DNA of 60,124 bases, the filler included, from Sphacelaria rigidula (Eukaryota): the NCBI GenBank assembly GCA_964200075.2. It is 5 parts of 5 records of this genome, joined end to end, with 100 filler letters (N's around TTAATTAATTAA, not from the genome) between each part and the next. Parts side by side here need not be neighbours in the genome. Positions count along the whole stretch, not along the records: positions 12,047 to 23,991 come from CAXNAA020004301.1; positions 24,092 to 36,036 come from CAXNAA020004302.1; 3 more parts are not named here. One strand, 5' to 3'. The position numbers were made by a program, and so were the translations under genes. Below, in pieces: positions 13,414-26,395 of this stretch. A model generated the notes under the pieces. That model searched no databases, was not told the DNA's origin, and was given only the letters and a program-made list of their open reading frames with translations. How positions within the stretch are numbered: position 1 is the stretch's first letter; the number at the start of each line of letters is the position of its first letter.

Positions 13414-13755
13414 GTCCTCTCATCTATTCTCGACGCTGGTCTACGCCTTTCGATAGATGTGGGCGCAGCAGCCAGGGGTGCCGGGTGGAGGACTAAGACA
13501 GGAGTTTTTCTTTCTGGTTTGTTCTATTTCTCCGCCTTCTTATGCGGTGCTTGCCTTTATTTTATATCGCGAGAGGGGTTCATCAGTCTCTTTCCCTCGG
13601 CGACCATGAAGCCGAAGGTTGTGTGCCCTTGGCATAGTTACTCTCCACTGTTGGGCATTGCGTGAGAAAAAATCCCACTTTCATCTGAGATTTGGACACG
13701 CGACCCAGCCGTCAGAAGGTTTCGAGGTTACCAACTACGCCACCGGGGCGACCGG
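13355..13755 (-). mobile_element. tRNA-headed SINE, family 1, with (CA)n tail
   Basis: Minus strand begins GCCCCGGTGGCGTAGTTGGTAACC (A-box-like); body homologous to 55165-55425 and 57556-57765; (GT)n at 13355-13411 is the tail. Confidence 0.8.
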
Positions 13756-14179
13756 TTTGAGCAAACACATGAATAAAAAGTATATACATAGAATATTGCG
13801 AGCTCACGAGCGTGAAGCATACTTTGGCATCCACGATATTAAGTGCTGATTTTTGAGTGCAAGTTCCTCCGCACCCGCCTCGGGAGATGACTCTTCGGGC
13901 CAATGCCAATGCTAGGGGTCTGGTTCGCGGATTCGTGACACAATTTTTGGGGGTATACACAAGCGTTCGCGCATGATCGCTGTGGTCCTGCAATGTTTCC
14001 GGCGATTTATGCTGGAATGAGTGCGTGATGCCCGCACTTGCCCGCTCACGAGCTTCCTATAATTTCAATATATATATATATTGAAATTACAATGATAGTA
14101 TATCTCAAGTTTAGCATCTATGGGAGGTGAAAGCGGGCAGTCCGGTTTCAAGATGTGCGTCTATTCTACATAGAAAAGG

Positions 14180-14445
14180 TGATATTGTCCACGTGGAAGA
14201 CGTCGGCGTGGGTTCGAAGTCTATGTGGGCTACTTTTTTTGCCCGTAGGGCGTGAGTGAAACATCGTTCCTTCACACCGGGAGTCCTCAGTATGTGAGTG
14301 TATTCTGTACGTGAAGTATGACATTGTAGATGTGCAAGACGTCGGTGTTGGTTCGAACCCTGTGTCGGCTGCATGTTTTTTGCTCGCATTGCGTGAGTAG
14401 AACACTATTTCCTCACACCGGAAGTCAAGTTCGAGTCCTGGGTGG
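14180..14445 (+). repeat. Tandem ~140-bp units with B-box-like GGTTCGAA
   Basis: GACGTCGG.GT.GGTTCGAA...GCGTGAGT..AACA...TTCCT.CACACCGG occurs twice. Confidence 0.55.
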
Positions 14446-15993
14446 GGTATTTGTTTTCCTGCTGGTGGTGCCGAATAAGAACACAGTTTTTCTACACCGT
14501 GAGTCGATTTTGTCTTCCACTGCTATCTTCGCACTTTCTCTCATCATTCATACCCGCGGTCCTATTCCTCATCATCTCTCAAATTTTGTTCCCATCATCA
14601 TATTATTCCTTCCCACTTCTATCAACCCACATCGTCTTCTACGTGAACCAACACATAACCTCGAAGGCATCGGTGCGAGCAGAGGGAGTGCTACATGTCG
14701 ACCGTCGCCCTATTTCTCAGTCGCGCTGCAATCCTTTCCCTATGCGCTGTTCCTCATCGTTCCACCCGCAATCCAGTACTCTTCCTCATCTTATTTCTTC
14801 CGTACGATTGATTGATTGATTGATTGATTGTCGCACTTTAACTGACCACCCATGGGTCCAGCCGTGGTCGCATAATAGACATATCCAAAGCAAAAGTGAA
14901 ACTTCTTGTTCAAGAAAGCTAAGGAGCAGAAAAAAGTCGAACAGAACGACACAGTAGACGAAGACGTGAAAATAAGAAGAAAGGAAGAAAAAAATCAACA
15001 AAAGTAAAGTACAGAAAGGGATGGCCGACCTGAAAAAAAGGGGGGGGAGAGCAGAAAAAAATGGAATCAAATAATTGTAAAAAAAAATACAAGGGATTCG
15101 GGGCAGCAGACTAGATACAGACGCACACCAGTGGGCACCGCAGAGCCACCGACTAAGGACATAACAACCTATGCAACATGGAGTTGTAACCGAGGACCGT
15201 TTCTCACGAGAGCTTGGCAAGGCAAGAATACCACGACCCTCCAAGAAGACGGGCGGGACCCAGGCGCTCTAATGTCCTCGAGGAGTTTACGTGTTTATTT
15301 TATTTTATTCACAAGATGAACATTTCGAGAGAGGATCCATTCTCACGAGGGCTTGGCAAGGCAAGGATACCGAAACCCTAAAAAAAGACAGCCCCGGGTC
15401 CCGTGCGGCTTGTAACTAAATAAAATATACAGTAGTGGACGGTCTATTCATTTTGTGGCATTTTGTGATTTTTTCGTAATTGGCGATTTTCTTGGGCTCT
15501 TTTCGCTTGCCACCGCGTATCACATCGAGGATCTGAAGAGGTTTGCATCCGCTCCACATTCCAAGAGGAAAAAATCCTCTGCACTCAATATTGAGTGACT
15601 TACGGGCTGACCGGTCATCAGGGGTCCTGTCACGTTTCAGCCCAGACTCTTGCTCTTCGGTATTTTCGGTCGATCATGCCCGTCCCGATCATATTTGTAA
15701 AGAAGCATAGTTTTATTTTTTCGAAATTCTGCCTACTCATTGTACCAGGGCCGAAAAACTGTGTTTCACGGTCAATAACACCCTCCTGATGAACGGGATA
15801 TTTACTCGCTTCGCCCGATAACACAAACTAACACAGACTTGGGCACTGTGTTCCGTGGGCGATATGTTTTGTTGTACCAAAATCTATCGACGCTATCAAT
15901 TTCGAGTTCTATCGAAGAGTAGTACGCAAGGAAAACCCTCAAACACCCCTAAATAGTTAGACCGCCCACTACGGTATCTGGATTCCTGCACTA

Positions 15994-16727
15994 CGAGCTG
16001 GGCCAGCCTAAAAACGGATTTAAGCTCCAAAAGCAATATCTCATCGACACAGACGAGTTGGGCTCTGATCCGCATATCGTATTAATCGTCTAATCAAGGG
16101 GAAGGTGCCCATCTGCTCAACAGTTTGGCCCCATATTTTCTCGTTGATTAAACCCCATCTCTAGTAATTCCTATACCTAAGGGAGATAGCGTCCACACTA
16201 GAATCTATTATCGTAAAATATGGTCTTTACCATAGTAGAACGCCCTAAACGAGTGGAAAAAATTGAAAAAAATCAACATGACCCACTTTCCTTTGTTAAT
16301 TATGCCTCAGAGAGCGCCCACACAAGATTTCAATACACAAACACCAAACGTGGGCCGGTGAATTACGTGCAAAATAATGTTCCGAATTTCTTCTGACCCT
16401 GTCACTAAACGGCCCATTGTACGGCCAATACTTGGAGTTGGACCCTGAAATTTGAAATGGACAATGAGCAGGGCATAATAAAAAAAATACTGGCGTACAC
16501 AAGGGTTTTTTCGTTTTTTCTTCATGAGTTAAGGGCAATAATCAGTTTTCAGATATCGGTAAAATGCCCTTAACTCATGAAAACAAAAACAAAAACTTGT
16601 GTACGCCAGAACTTTTTTCTATTATGCCCTACTCATTGTCAATACCAAATTTCAGGGTCCAACTCCAAGTATTGGCCGTATAATGGGCTTGCAAACTGCA
16701 GAATCGCTTCTCGGCTGGCCCAGCTTG
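15994..16727. mobile_element. Non-autonomous TIR element (CGAGCTGGGCCAGCC family), TA TSD
   Basis: TA|CGAGCTGGGCCAGCC ... GGCTGGCCCAGCTTG|TA; internal homology to 50996-52609 in opposite orientation. Confidence 0.8.
16412..16688. repeat. Long inverted repeat (~125-bp arms, 27-bp loop)
   Basis: 16412-16537 is the imperfect reverse complement of 16565-16688. Confidence 0.9.
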
Positions 16728-19700
16728 TACATATATTGTGTGAATGCCCAGACTTCGCTCGCATACAAAAAACCATTGTACTTCTATACAGACATTTCGC
16801 TTGTGAATTTCTCGACAGCGAGTGGAGGAGCCACTGTGATACTTGCTGCACTAGTCGGAAACAGCACAGACAGAATGTACATCAGTCGGCGGCATGTTCG
16901 GGCGTGCATGCAAGTTGAACAAGGCGACTATTTGGATTAACAGGTGATATGGCCTGAAAACGGCGATCTCGCAGCCGAGAGTTTGCACACAAATGCATAT
17001 CTGGACACGCTGGTGCATTCACTTCCATATGATGGGCGCCTGGGAGGGGGGAGAGTGGGGTGCTGTTTTTGTAAACAGTCGTCGACGCGAACCCAGATAC
17101 CCTCTGGATAATGACAACCTGTACAAAGTCATCCAGGCATCGCCGCCGGAGGTGCTCAGCACGGGAGGTACAGTCGTGCGCAAGCTGCCGGCGTTACAAC
17201 GAGATAAAACTTTGGCCACATGTCATGAAAATCACGGCCATCAAGCCTATGGGCCTCGATCTGGAGTTGCAGCTTGCAGCAGTGCGCGTCGAGGTGAAAA
17301 GAGTCAAACCCTGCTCTGTTTACTGTGCTGTGGTGTGAGACCTACGACATGAATACACGAATAATTTGAAACGAGAGATCACCGCGAGTCAAAAGTACGG
17401 TGAGTATGCTCACCTGCTTACGCTCTCGAATTTCACCGCTGTGTGGAGAATCGCGGCTTCCTGTTTCTCCAAATGTTATACCATGCGATTCAAGTCGTTG
17501 CCCATCTTGTGATCACGTCGGCATACATTGACATTTACGTTAACGCGAACTCAAATGGAAAATGACTCTGTGTTTCATCAACACTTCGTACCATGTTATG
17601 ATGATGACAATAGATAGAGCGTGGCAGCCAGTACCGACAACAACGACCGGATGGTACCTTGGGCCCTCGCACCCCCGGTTCTTGTTACAAGGCCATATTC
17701 TTTTACCAAAAGTTAATTACGTCGTGATCCGAGGAGGAGAGGAAGTAGGGGTTATGTTTCACCGTAGAAGAGCTATAATTGGGTGAAGCTGAGAGTATGG
17801 GAGATTGCAGCTCGGCATGCGGCGGACCGATTCATCACGAGCAAAGCGAATGCACTGGAAATCATCAACGACATCGCCTGAACAGTAGTACTGGTACTGA
17901 TTCGGATGAAGGTGGGCGTTGCCGGGCTAGCTGGGTTGCTGTAGAGTACCGAGGACGTGCTGAGAAAGGACGTGTTTGTGAGCCATTATCTGGTATCCAA
18001 CACAGGCGTAGGCCCCGGCACGTGTGGGTTGTGTTTTTCCGCTCTCTCTGATCATGCCATCCCTTAGTGCAGCTCAGCGGACAGCACAAGTACATGCTTG
18101 CACCATACTGGCACCACCAGCCATGCGCTGTTTTTCGGGGAGGGCCGTCGATTCGTTATCTAGATGTACCACGTTTCTTTCAACGCAAATCCGGATATGA
18201 TTATTCTCTCTCACCATAGGGGCCTCCCAAGTCTGAGTAGTCCATGCGCTGCTTTAGATTGGCTCATATTCCGAGTGTTGCAGTTGTGCATTTGACTCGC
18301 ACAACAGTTCTCTTATTTTAGAACTTTGCCCGTTTCCCCCTTTTCTAGAAAACAACTAATGGAACAGAAGAAAAATCGAACGACTGATCGGCAACACGCT
18401 CCTCGATCAAGCCGTTGTTGGTGCAAACGCTGAAACCACGTGATGTTCTGGCTACGAATGTACAACGTGGAACTGATGCCTTGCCTCAGGTTTGGCACCT
18501 TCAACCAAGATCACAAACACAGCAATAGGCAATATTGCGGCTACAAGGCGGGTTAATTTTGCGTTGGTGCAACTCCAGTCGTCATCATTGCAGCTACAGC
18601 CCTGACCTGAGTATACCAGGTATATTGGTGAGGCTGTGAGGTGGCAGCTCTGACCAATCAACACATTCGGGACCGACCCCCCACTAACACGGGGTTGACC
18701 CTGTGTTTGTGAAATAATAAAAAAATAAGTCTTGGAGCGACCTGCTCAATCACGACGAGGCGAAATTTATCGACCAGACCCGAACGACCAGCGCGGGGAC
18801 TGTTACCGAGTATGGTGTCACTGTGAAGATCGTGTGGGGGCCCTACCCCTGGACCACATAAGCCTTCGCAGGTATGCAAATCCCAGATGCTCGGGAAATG
18901 GCTTCGCGTATTACGTGCATTAAGTATAGCGTTCCCGGGATTACCCGGCGGGGGTCTGGGTCGCCAGCCGACACTAAAACGTGGTAATTACACTAACACA
19001 GGGGGGAGGGAGAAAAACCGGGGAGGAGTATACATGCCACGGTGTGCTCATTTTCACGAGGCACAAAACCCAGTGGGCTGTGGAAAGACAAAAGGAGCTA
19101 CTCGTATCGTCATGAATTCTGACTATCCCTCTGCCGATGCCTTGCAGAACACTGTGGACACGTATCTAGTGGGCGGGGATAAAGAAGCGGTATACAGGCA
19201 GTTGTTTGATCTCGGTAGCTGAGAACTACCCAAAACGTGCAAGGGAGTATGCAGCGGCAGCTGCTGCTGCGGTCGGAAAGGCGTACTGCACTGCACTGTA
19301 CTTTCATGTATGTGCGCCGCAACGCCCATACCCTTCGAAGAGAACTTGCCGCATGCAACAAAGGGGGAAATGGCGGCGCACCCCGACCACACAGGGCTGT
19401 GTGGCAAGGTGATGGCGACAATAGTATCATTCCTAACCAGCCTCATTAAACATTTCTGTTCCTAGAAGGGTTGAAAAAAAACTAGAAAACAATGAAGTTA
19501 AGCTTTTTCGATCACAAACATGCGGTCGAAAGGCGCGAAGCGGCACTTGACTCCTATCTTACAGACCACCTCGCCAGATAACACCCGTTCACAGAACCAT
19601 GCTAACTCCATCCACCACCGCAACCCTGCATCATCGAGTACGAGTTTAGTACAGGAATAGATACACTGTAGTCGTTGGGTATACTCTGTTCTTTTTTTAT

Positions 19701-20199
19701 TGGCGAAAACTTGCGCATGTTCTTTCGTGGTAGGATTGGCGACAAAACTGCGTGGTAGGGTGGGCAACCAAGTTGCGGACACGCTCATAGACAGTGCAGG
19801 CAGTACAAAACTACACGTTGTTGAAGTCCTTTTCACGTCGCGTTTTAAGCAGAGAGACCTGACAGTACTGGGCTGTCTGCACTGCACGTTGCCCGCTTCT
19901 CTTCGAATCCTACTACGAGACACGCACACACGCACTTAAGACACACTGCTTGCGAGCAGTGCAGACAGTGCAGACTGTCTGCGCTGTACACGAGTGACCC
20001 TGTACCGTTTCACGATTTTCGGTATTTTTTCGATTGAAAGCTTAAAAAAATGCTTGGACCCAACTCGACAAAATTGAGCGATTTTCGCTCAAATCATTTC
20101 CACCTCTGCATTTGTTCGATTGAAAAAAAAAAGTGCCGATACACGCCCTGAAACACTTTTCCGCATTGCCGGATGACAGTTCTGAAATCAGCATAGAGG

Positions 20200-20896
20200 G
20201 TGAGGCAGGTACTCGGTACTGGTATTCGGGACATCTCATACCCTACCGATACCGACCCAATCGGGTATTTTTAAATGTGCCTACGATATCATGGTGTTTC
20301 GATATACCAGTACCTACCGTACATGCTCAATCGGGTATTTTCAAATATCGTACCTACGATATCACGGCATTTCGATATACCAGTACCCACCGTACTCGCC
20401 CAATCAGGGATTGTCAGAGCTCACACCTTCGGTACCCACGATACCACGGTATTCCGAGATACCAGTACCTACCGTACCCGCCCAATCAGGTATTTTCGAA
20501 ACTCATACTTGCGATACCTACGATACCACGGTATTCCGAGATTTCAGTACCTACCGCATTTGCTCTATCAGGTATTTCCAGAACCCATACCTGCGATACC
20601 CACGCATACCACGGTATGGGATAACCCGGTAAATACCGGGGGTACGCTCGGTACGGTACCTTACCGACGGTATTTGAGACATCTCATACCCTAACGATAC
20701 CGGTCCAATCGTGTATTTTCAAAACTCATACCTACGATACCACGGTATTTCGAGATGTCAACGCCTCCCGTACCCGCTCGATTGTGCATTTTCAAAACCC
20801 ATACCTACGATACTTACGATACCACGGTACTTTGATATTTCAATACCTTCCGTACCCGCCCAGTCGTTTTTTTTCAAGTGCCGTACGTACGATGCC
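20200..20896 (+). repeat. Minisatellite, ~80-bp unit rich in CGATACC/GTACC
   Basis: Repeated GGTATTTCGAGAT...TACCTACCGTACCCG...CGATACCAC units; array resumes at 22548-22695. Confidence 0.85.
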
Positions 20897-20898
20897 TG

Positions 20899-22547
20899 CG
20901 AGCTGGTTCGGCCAAGGCTCTGTGGCAACAGTCCACAGGCCACGCCCGACCCAATGTTTAGAATTTCGGGGTAAAACTTTGACACCACAGAAAAAACAGT
21001 AAGGCCGACCGCGTGACTGAGGTGGCTATCTTCCTTTTTTTTCATCCGCGATTCGAACATTTTAATTTTCTGGGCCATTTTGAAATATCTCTAAGCGAGA
21101 AAACAACAAGAATATCAGTCATCCTAGAGAAAAGGTAGGCCTGAGTGCAGTTCCTATGGTGTCAAAATTTCACTCCGAAATTCGAAAAATCCAATCGGGC
21201 GTGGTCGTTCTAGTGTTTCCGCGTGAAAAAAGTGCCCCGATGGTCTAATGGTGACACTGTTAACGTCAGGGTGAGGAGAACGTGGCTTCGATTCCTCCCC
21301 GACCCCCTTTTTTCCTCTCGGAGATATGATTTTCACGGTTGAGAGCGTGGGGACATCAGTAGAGATGAGTTGGTCCCTTGAGACCACTGATTTATCCCGA
21401 GGAAGGGGAGGGGTTTTGAGTGTAACAAGAACAAAAAGTCGTGTGCCGATAGAGCATGGAGAAAAAAATCGTGCACAGATAATATACCAATTTGAGTACA
21501 GTAAGTGCCAGAATATTCGGGAGGGAGAGAGTGCAGGCGATTCTGCTTGGATGGGACGATGAAAAATCTTGATGCTTGCGCACCATGAGGTTAACGGCTC
21601 GATCCGCGGAATCAACATGCACGAGTCCCACACCACCACCAGGTGTGCTGTACTTCGTGCACCACACGTTACAACTCCTGGGTTTCCAGGCCTCTTTTCG
21701 GAACAATATTATTGCGAGACTCTCTGGGGCCGATACAGCACGACACAACACTCAAACAGAATAATAAAGTACAGTACCGTACAGCACGGCATAGTTCAGT
21801 ACAGTACAGTACGCGTACAATACAGTACAGTGCTATCCAGTCCAGTCCAGTACAAGCAGCACAGCACAGCACACCCTAGGTCCAGCACAATCCGATGCAG
21901 TACTGTACTCTTCCCGCTATAATAATGTTCCGAAAGGAGGCCTGGCAGCCAATGCGGTGCTGCCTGTAGTACAGGCACCTGGAGGGAGTGTGGGATCCCA
22001 TGAGCTTGCAGACGCCGCTGACCCACACCCTTCTACTTGCTTGGCAGCTTGAGAACTTCTCGCCTCCATAGGCTCCCCACACGGGAAGCGATTGGTCGCG
22101 AGGTGCAGTTGACAGGACGCTTCTTTGATATTGTGTAACATAGCCTCAACACCCGCGACTTCTTTTTAGTATTATATTATGTGGTGAGAACAGAGGTCCA
22201 CTCCGATCGCCGAGTTCCCGGCGAGCTTGACGCCATGACGGGCAGCATGCGCAATGTGCAAGCGTGTGGCACGCAAACACCGCTCCGGAGCACAAAAAAT
22301 CACGCCGCATTTTCAAAAGCTAGCCGCATTTTTGTACAGTATCGCCCTGTACTTGACGCAGTATGTCCTCGGCACACGACTTCTTATATTTCAAGGCCGT
22401 CATGTACCTTTGAGCACATTGAGAGTTGCAGGCGCATACGCTTGGTAATCTCTTCTCACAGGGATATGCTTACTTTGCAATAACTCGCCGCGGTTCTTGA
22501 GATATGTTCGGTGGAAGGAATTCCAGCTTTGCGGCTGGTCCAGCTCG
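20899..22547. mobile_element. CGAGCTGG-TIR element inserted into the minisatellite
   Basis: TG|CGAGCTGGTTCGGCC ... GGCTGGTCCAGCTCG|TA; the host unit GATACC-TA-CGATACC is split at its TA. Confidence 0.7.
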
Positions 22548-22804
22548 TACGATACCATGGTATTTCGAGATTTCAATACCTATCGTACCCGCTCTATCAG
22601 ATATTTTCAAAACTCGTACCGACGATACCTACGATACCACGGTTTTTCGAGATTTCAATACCTACCGTACCCGATTTATCAAGTATTTTGAAACTCCGCG
22701 CCACCGCCACGGCCTTGAACAAGAATCCGGCTATGTCACCCTCTTCGCAAGACTTCATCCGCACCGCTGAAAGGGGCGGGAAGACAAGGACTGAACTCAG
22801 CAAA

Positions 22805-23660
22805 GTGCTCTGCCCTATGCTATACGCCGAGAACGCTAGCATCGCTTCGCGGTCCTGGGCAAGCCTGGCGAAAATGATGAACGTAGTCGAAGTATGTGCG
22901 GCATTCGGTCTCGTCGTGGCGGAAAAGAAGACGGTCATCATGCACATGCGCTCCCCGAACATGGAGACGGATACGGTCGAGGTGGAGGCGGCGGGCCAAA
23001 GATACAAGCAAGTTGAGTCGTTCCTCTACCTTGACGGAAAAATCAGCAGCATCGATGATGTCACTCACGAGATCCACAGTCGCGTTGGCCAGGCCTGGAC
23101 GTGCTTCTATAAGTACAGCAAAACGGTATACGACAACCCGTACATGGCCCTCGCCAAGGCTCGTCTCCTGAAAATTGAAGTGATCGAGGTGATGCTGTAC
23201 GGCTGCGTGACCTGGACGATCGCATACGACAATTTCAGCGCGTTACGGGAGGCCCGTCGATGATTCCTGCTGAAATGCCTCAATAAGAATACCTCAAGTC
23301 GCAGCGCTCGTGACCATCACATGCTCCCATACCACGAGGTCCTCGAACGAGCTATAATAGTTGCGAGTGTTTTGAGGCCACAATGATGAAGTGAACCCTC
23401 CTACACGCCTGACGCGTTGTGCGCATGCGCGATGAACGCCTCCCCAATATCGTCATGCGTGGAGTCATGTTTGGGGGGGAAACGAGGGCAGGCCGACCAG
23501 CAAGGCGCCTACAACAACACTGTATCACGGACAACTGCTCGTGCTTCGGAATAAGTGCGACATCGTGGACGCAGGTTGCCCAAGATGTGTCCGAATGGTC
23601 CCGAGTTGTAGAGAAGGGGGCTAACATGTACACGGAAACCTGAGCGAACGCACGCCACGC
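22805..23660 (+). pseudogene. Non-LTR retrotransposon (RTE-like LINE) RT C-terminal fragment
   Basis: MLYAENA (degenerate YADD), FGLVVAEKKTVIM, VESFLYLDGKIS, VMLYGCVTWT, RMRDERLPNIVMRG; several in-frame stops. Confidence 0.9.
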
Positions 23661-23679
23661 CGCGGAACTTTTCAAGGGT

Positions 23680-23927
23680 AGGTCGAGTAGAGTATACTCA
23701 ATACTCGGTATTTTTGAAAAGTCATACTTTTAGTACTGGAAGTTTTGAGTTGAGTATTTGAGGTCGTACTCAACGTACTCGAAATTTGAGTAGAGTATTG
23801 AGGTCATACTCAAGCGATATTCCATACTCTGGTATTACTGAGAGTGCTTACTCAAACTTTGAGAAAAGTATTTGAGGCCGTACTCTTCGTACTCAAAATT
23901 TGAGTAGGGTATTTGAGGCCGTACTCG
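23680..23927 (+). repeat. Degenerate tandem array of GAGTA/TACTC units (~40 bp)
   Basis: TTTGAGTAGAGTATTTGAGGTCGTACTC-like unit repeated several times. Confidence 0.75.
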
Positions 23928-23928
23928 G

Positions 23929-23991
23929 ACGCCCCGGTGGCTCAGTTGGTAACCTCGTAACCTTCTGGTGGGTGAGTTGTGGGGTTCGATT
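23929..23991 (+). mobile_element. SINE family 1 tRNA-like head, cut by contig end
   Basis: GCCCCGGTGGCTCAGTTGGTAACCTCG...GGTTCGAT with A and B boxes; matches the head of 13355-13755. Confidence 0.75.
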
Positions 23992-24091
23992 NNNNNNNNN
24001 NNNNNNNNNNNNNNNNNNNNNNNNNNNNNNNNNNNTTAATTAATTAANNNNNNNNNNNNNNNNNNNNNNNNNNNNNNNNNNNNNNNNNNNN
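23992..24091. other. Artificial contig linker 2
   Basis: 44N + TTAATTAATTAA (24036-24047) + 44N. Confidence 0.97.
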
Positions 24092-24149
24092 TCCAGGGAC
24101 TGACCCGATTGGTTTTGAAAAACGTCGATGCTGAGGTGTTTTGAACTAC

Positions 24150-24600
24150 AGCGCGGTCGTCTAAGCACGCGATCCTCTCACGCATTACACGCACAACAAG
24201 AAGTATCGCAACCTATGTCGCGGCGCAGCAGCTCGTGAACTCCACCATGACAAAGGCCTGCTGCGCTTTGTAGCCAATGGTAATGACGTGGTACCTGCCA
24301 AAAATTGGGAAGAAAAGATATCTACGCGAAACAGAAAGTTCTCGCCAAAGGCGCCTATTTGTTGGACAAAGGTGGCGACAACCTCTGGGGGCTGGGCCAG
24401 GTCCACGGCGCCGACGTGGCTGCGGCAAACACAAACATTGTGCGTTTCATGTATGACCTAGGATTCGTACAGCTCAAGCCCCGCCCAGATCGATCCACCA
24501 CCAGCCCGTCCGCACCACCACGAGGATCCTGGTGTGTTCAGATATTCAAGTCCAACGGGCTCTGGAGATGTTCAGCGAAATATAGATCGCACACATTATG
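24150..24600 (+). pseudogene. Possible LINE ORF2 C-terminal remnant
   Basis: Segment FMYDLGFVQL...STTSPSAPPRGSWCVQ resembles, from memory, C-termini of algal non-LTR elements; not verified. Confidence 0.3.
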
Positions 24601-26395
24601 TCAACCCATCGCTTTGAGCTCCCGCGCAATCTCCTACTTTCGACCCACACCTTTTATTCAGTTCATCTTGTCCCAATTCATTCAGAAATTCCACTCGTCT
24701 CCACCACTCAGGGTGACACTTCGACTGCATCCACTACACGACGTCTTCCAGCGAACCATGCACGCAGCTTTCCTGGGGCACAGCCAACAGACTGTGACCA
24801 GACTTTTTGTGGAGCATCTTCATCGACGACTGCCGGAACTTTAGTATTCCTATATCTTGGCTTGTGTAGCCGGCGCAGGACTGTGTTGGATCCTCCATTT
24901 GCTGATTCTCCCCCTTTCCTCGATTTTTCCCAACATGCGTTGCTTGTATGCGATCGACCTTTTATCGCTTGTGCCTGGTGTCCCCCAGGTGGACGTTTTA
25001 CCCCCATCATGCCCTCCGAGTTTGGCTCTTTATTTGGCTAGTGAGTCGAAGCATTCTGTGCTTCTCATTTTGGATGTTCCCTGGCACGGAGAAGTCGTCT
25101 GTGCTCCCACGTATTGAACCAAGATTGGGCTTTCCGAGGCAAATCATGCTTCCTCCGTTTGAGGTATGGGCGGGTCGGGCAAGGGTTGAGTATTGCTCTA
25201 ACGGTCTTTTAGGTGTGATTTGTAGCCGCTAGGGTAAAATGTCGCCCTACCAATCTTTGGATGTGCCTAGTTCTAGCCACTCATGATATCACGAGTAAGG
25301 AAAGCCTCACTTTTCGTTGCTTTTGAGAATACTCATCGCAACTGTAATAGAGGCTCGTCTGGGTGGGCTAGTGTCTCGAGGATGAAAGATGTTCATCGCC
25401 ACACATTCGCAGACCCGAAGGTTCAGTACTTCACACTTGTTTAGTTTGAAAGGATTTCAGGTCTGATCAGGCTTGGACAACATGTGGGTAGGATGTGTGC
25501 TCCGTCTCATCAGCTAAAATAGACTCTGGCGCACTTGCAATCACGACTAGCAGTCGCTGGAAGCCACTCAACCCGGTGAGGCAAATGATGAGAAAGAATT
25601 GAACGAAACATACGGAACAGGAGAACACGGGAATCCTGTTCGTGAAGAAGGCGTCTAACCTACGTTCTGGGTCAGGAAGAACGACATTGTCACGAGGGGT
25701 GCTGTTCAATGATCAAATGTATCTGCTAGCTACCAGATACAACTGGGTCGACCTGAGTCGACCCGAATGCACTTGGGTATTGACCATAGTGCTTTGTAAT
25801 CCCTTCACAGACAAGTAAGACCCGGAATGGTGCGCTGAAAGCGCCAAGCTAGATTTTCCGAAAATATCTAGGTAGTTTTGGATTGCACCGCAACGACATG
25901 GAAGCAACTTCGGCCGAATTGGTAGTGTACTGGGGAAGGAGGGGGGGGGGTAATGTTTTGCATGAAAGCTATCCCACCTAAGTCGATGGGGCATTGGAGG
26001 GAGCGCGGCAACTGTTTGTAATGATCTACTGTCCATAGAAAACATCTCCTCCCTCCAGTGAGAAAAATGAGTGTAGTGTGCATCATAGTGATGAAAGAAA
26101 TTGATTCGAAGGGATGCTAGCAGATCTGGGGTGTCACAGCATGTACATGGTCACTCCGCTCCTCTCGGATCTTGTTGTTCGCTTAGAATTTCCCGTGAGG
26201 AATTTTCAAACGTGGAACACTTCCAAACACACATGGTTGACCTGGTGAGCATTTCGGCTGTTGTGCGAACAGTCCCTCACCCGTTGTCAAAAATGAGCCC
26301 CCTCGCCCCCAGGAAACCCCCGGGTGTCCCTGGACTGTCAGCCAGTGGACCTGTCTCGCGGCGACGCTCACGGTCTGAGGGTAAACCGAAGAAGG

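Noticed and set aside
20200-20896. CRISPR array
   Set aside because: Units are degenerate along their whole length, with no unique spacers or cas genes, in eukaryotic context.
23929-23991. tRNA gene
   Set aside because: Same head is fused to a SINE body at 13355-13755 and 55165-55425; no complete cloverleaf visible.
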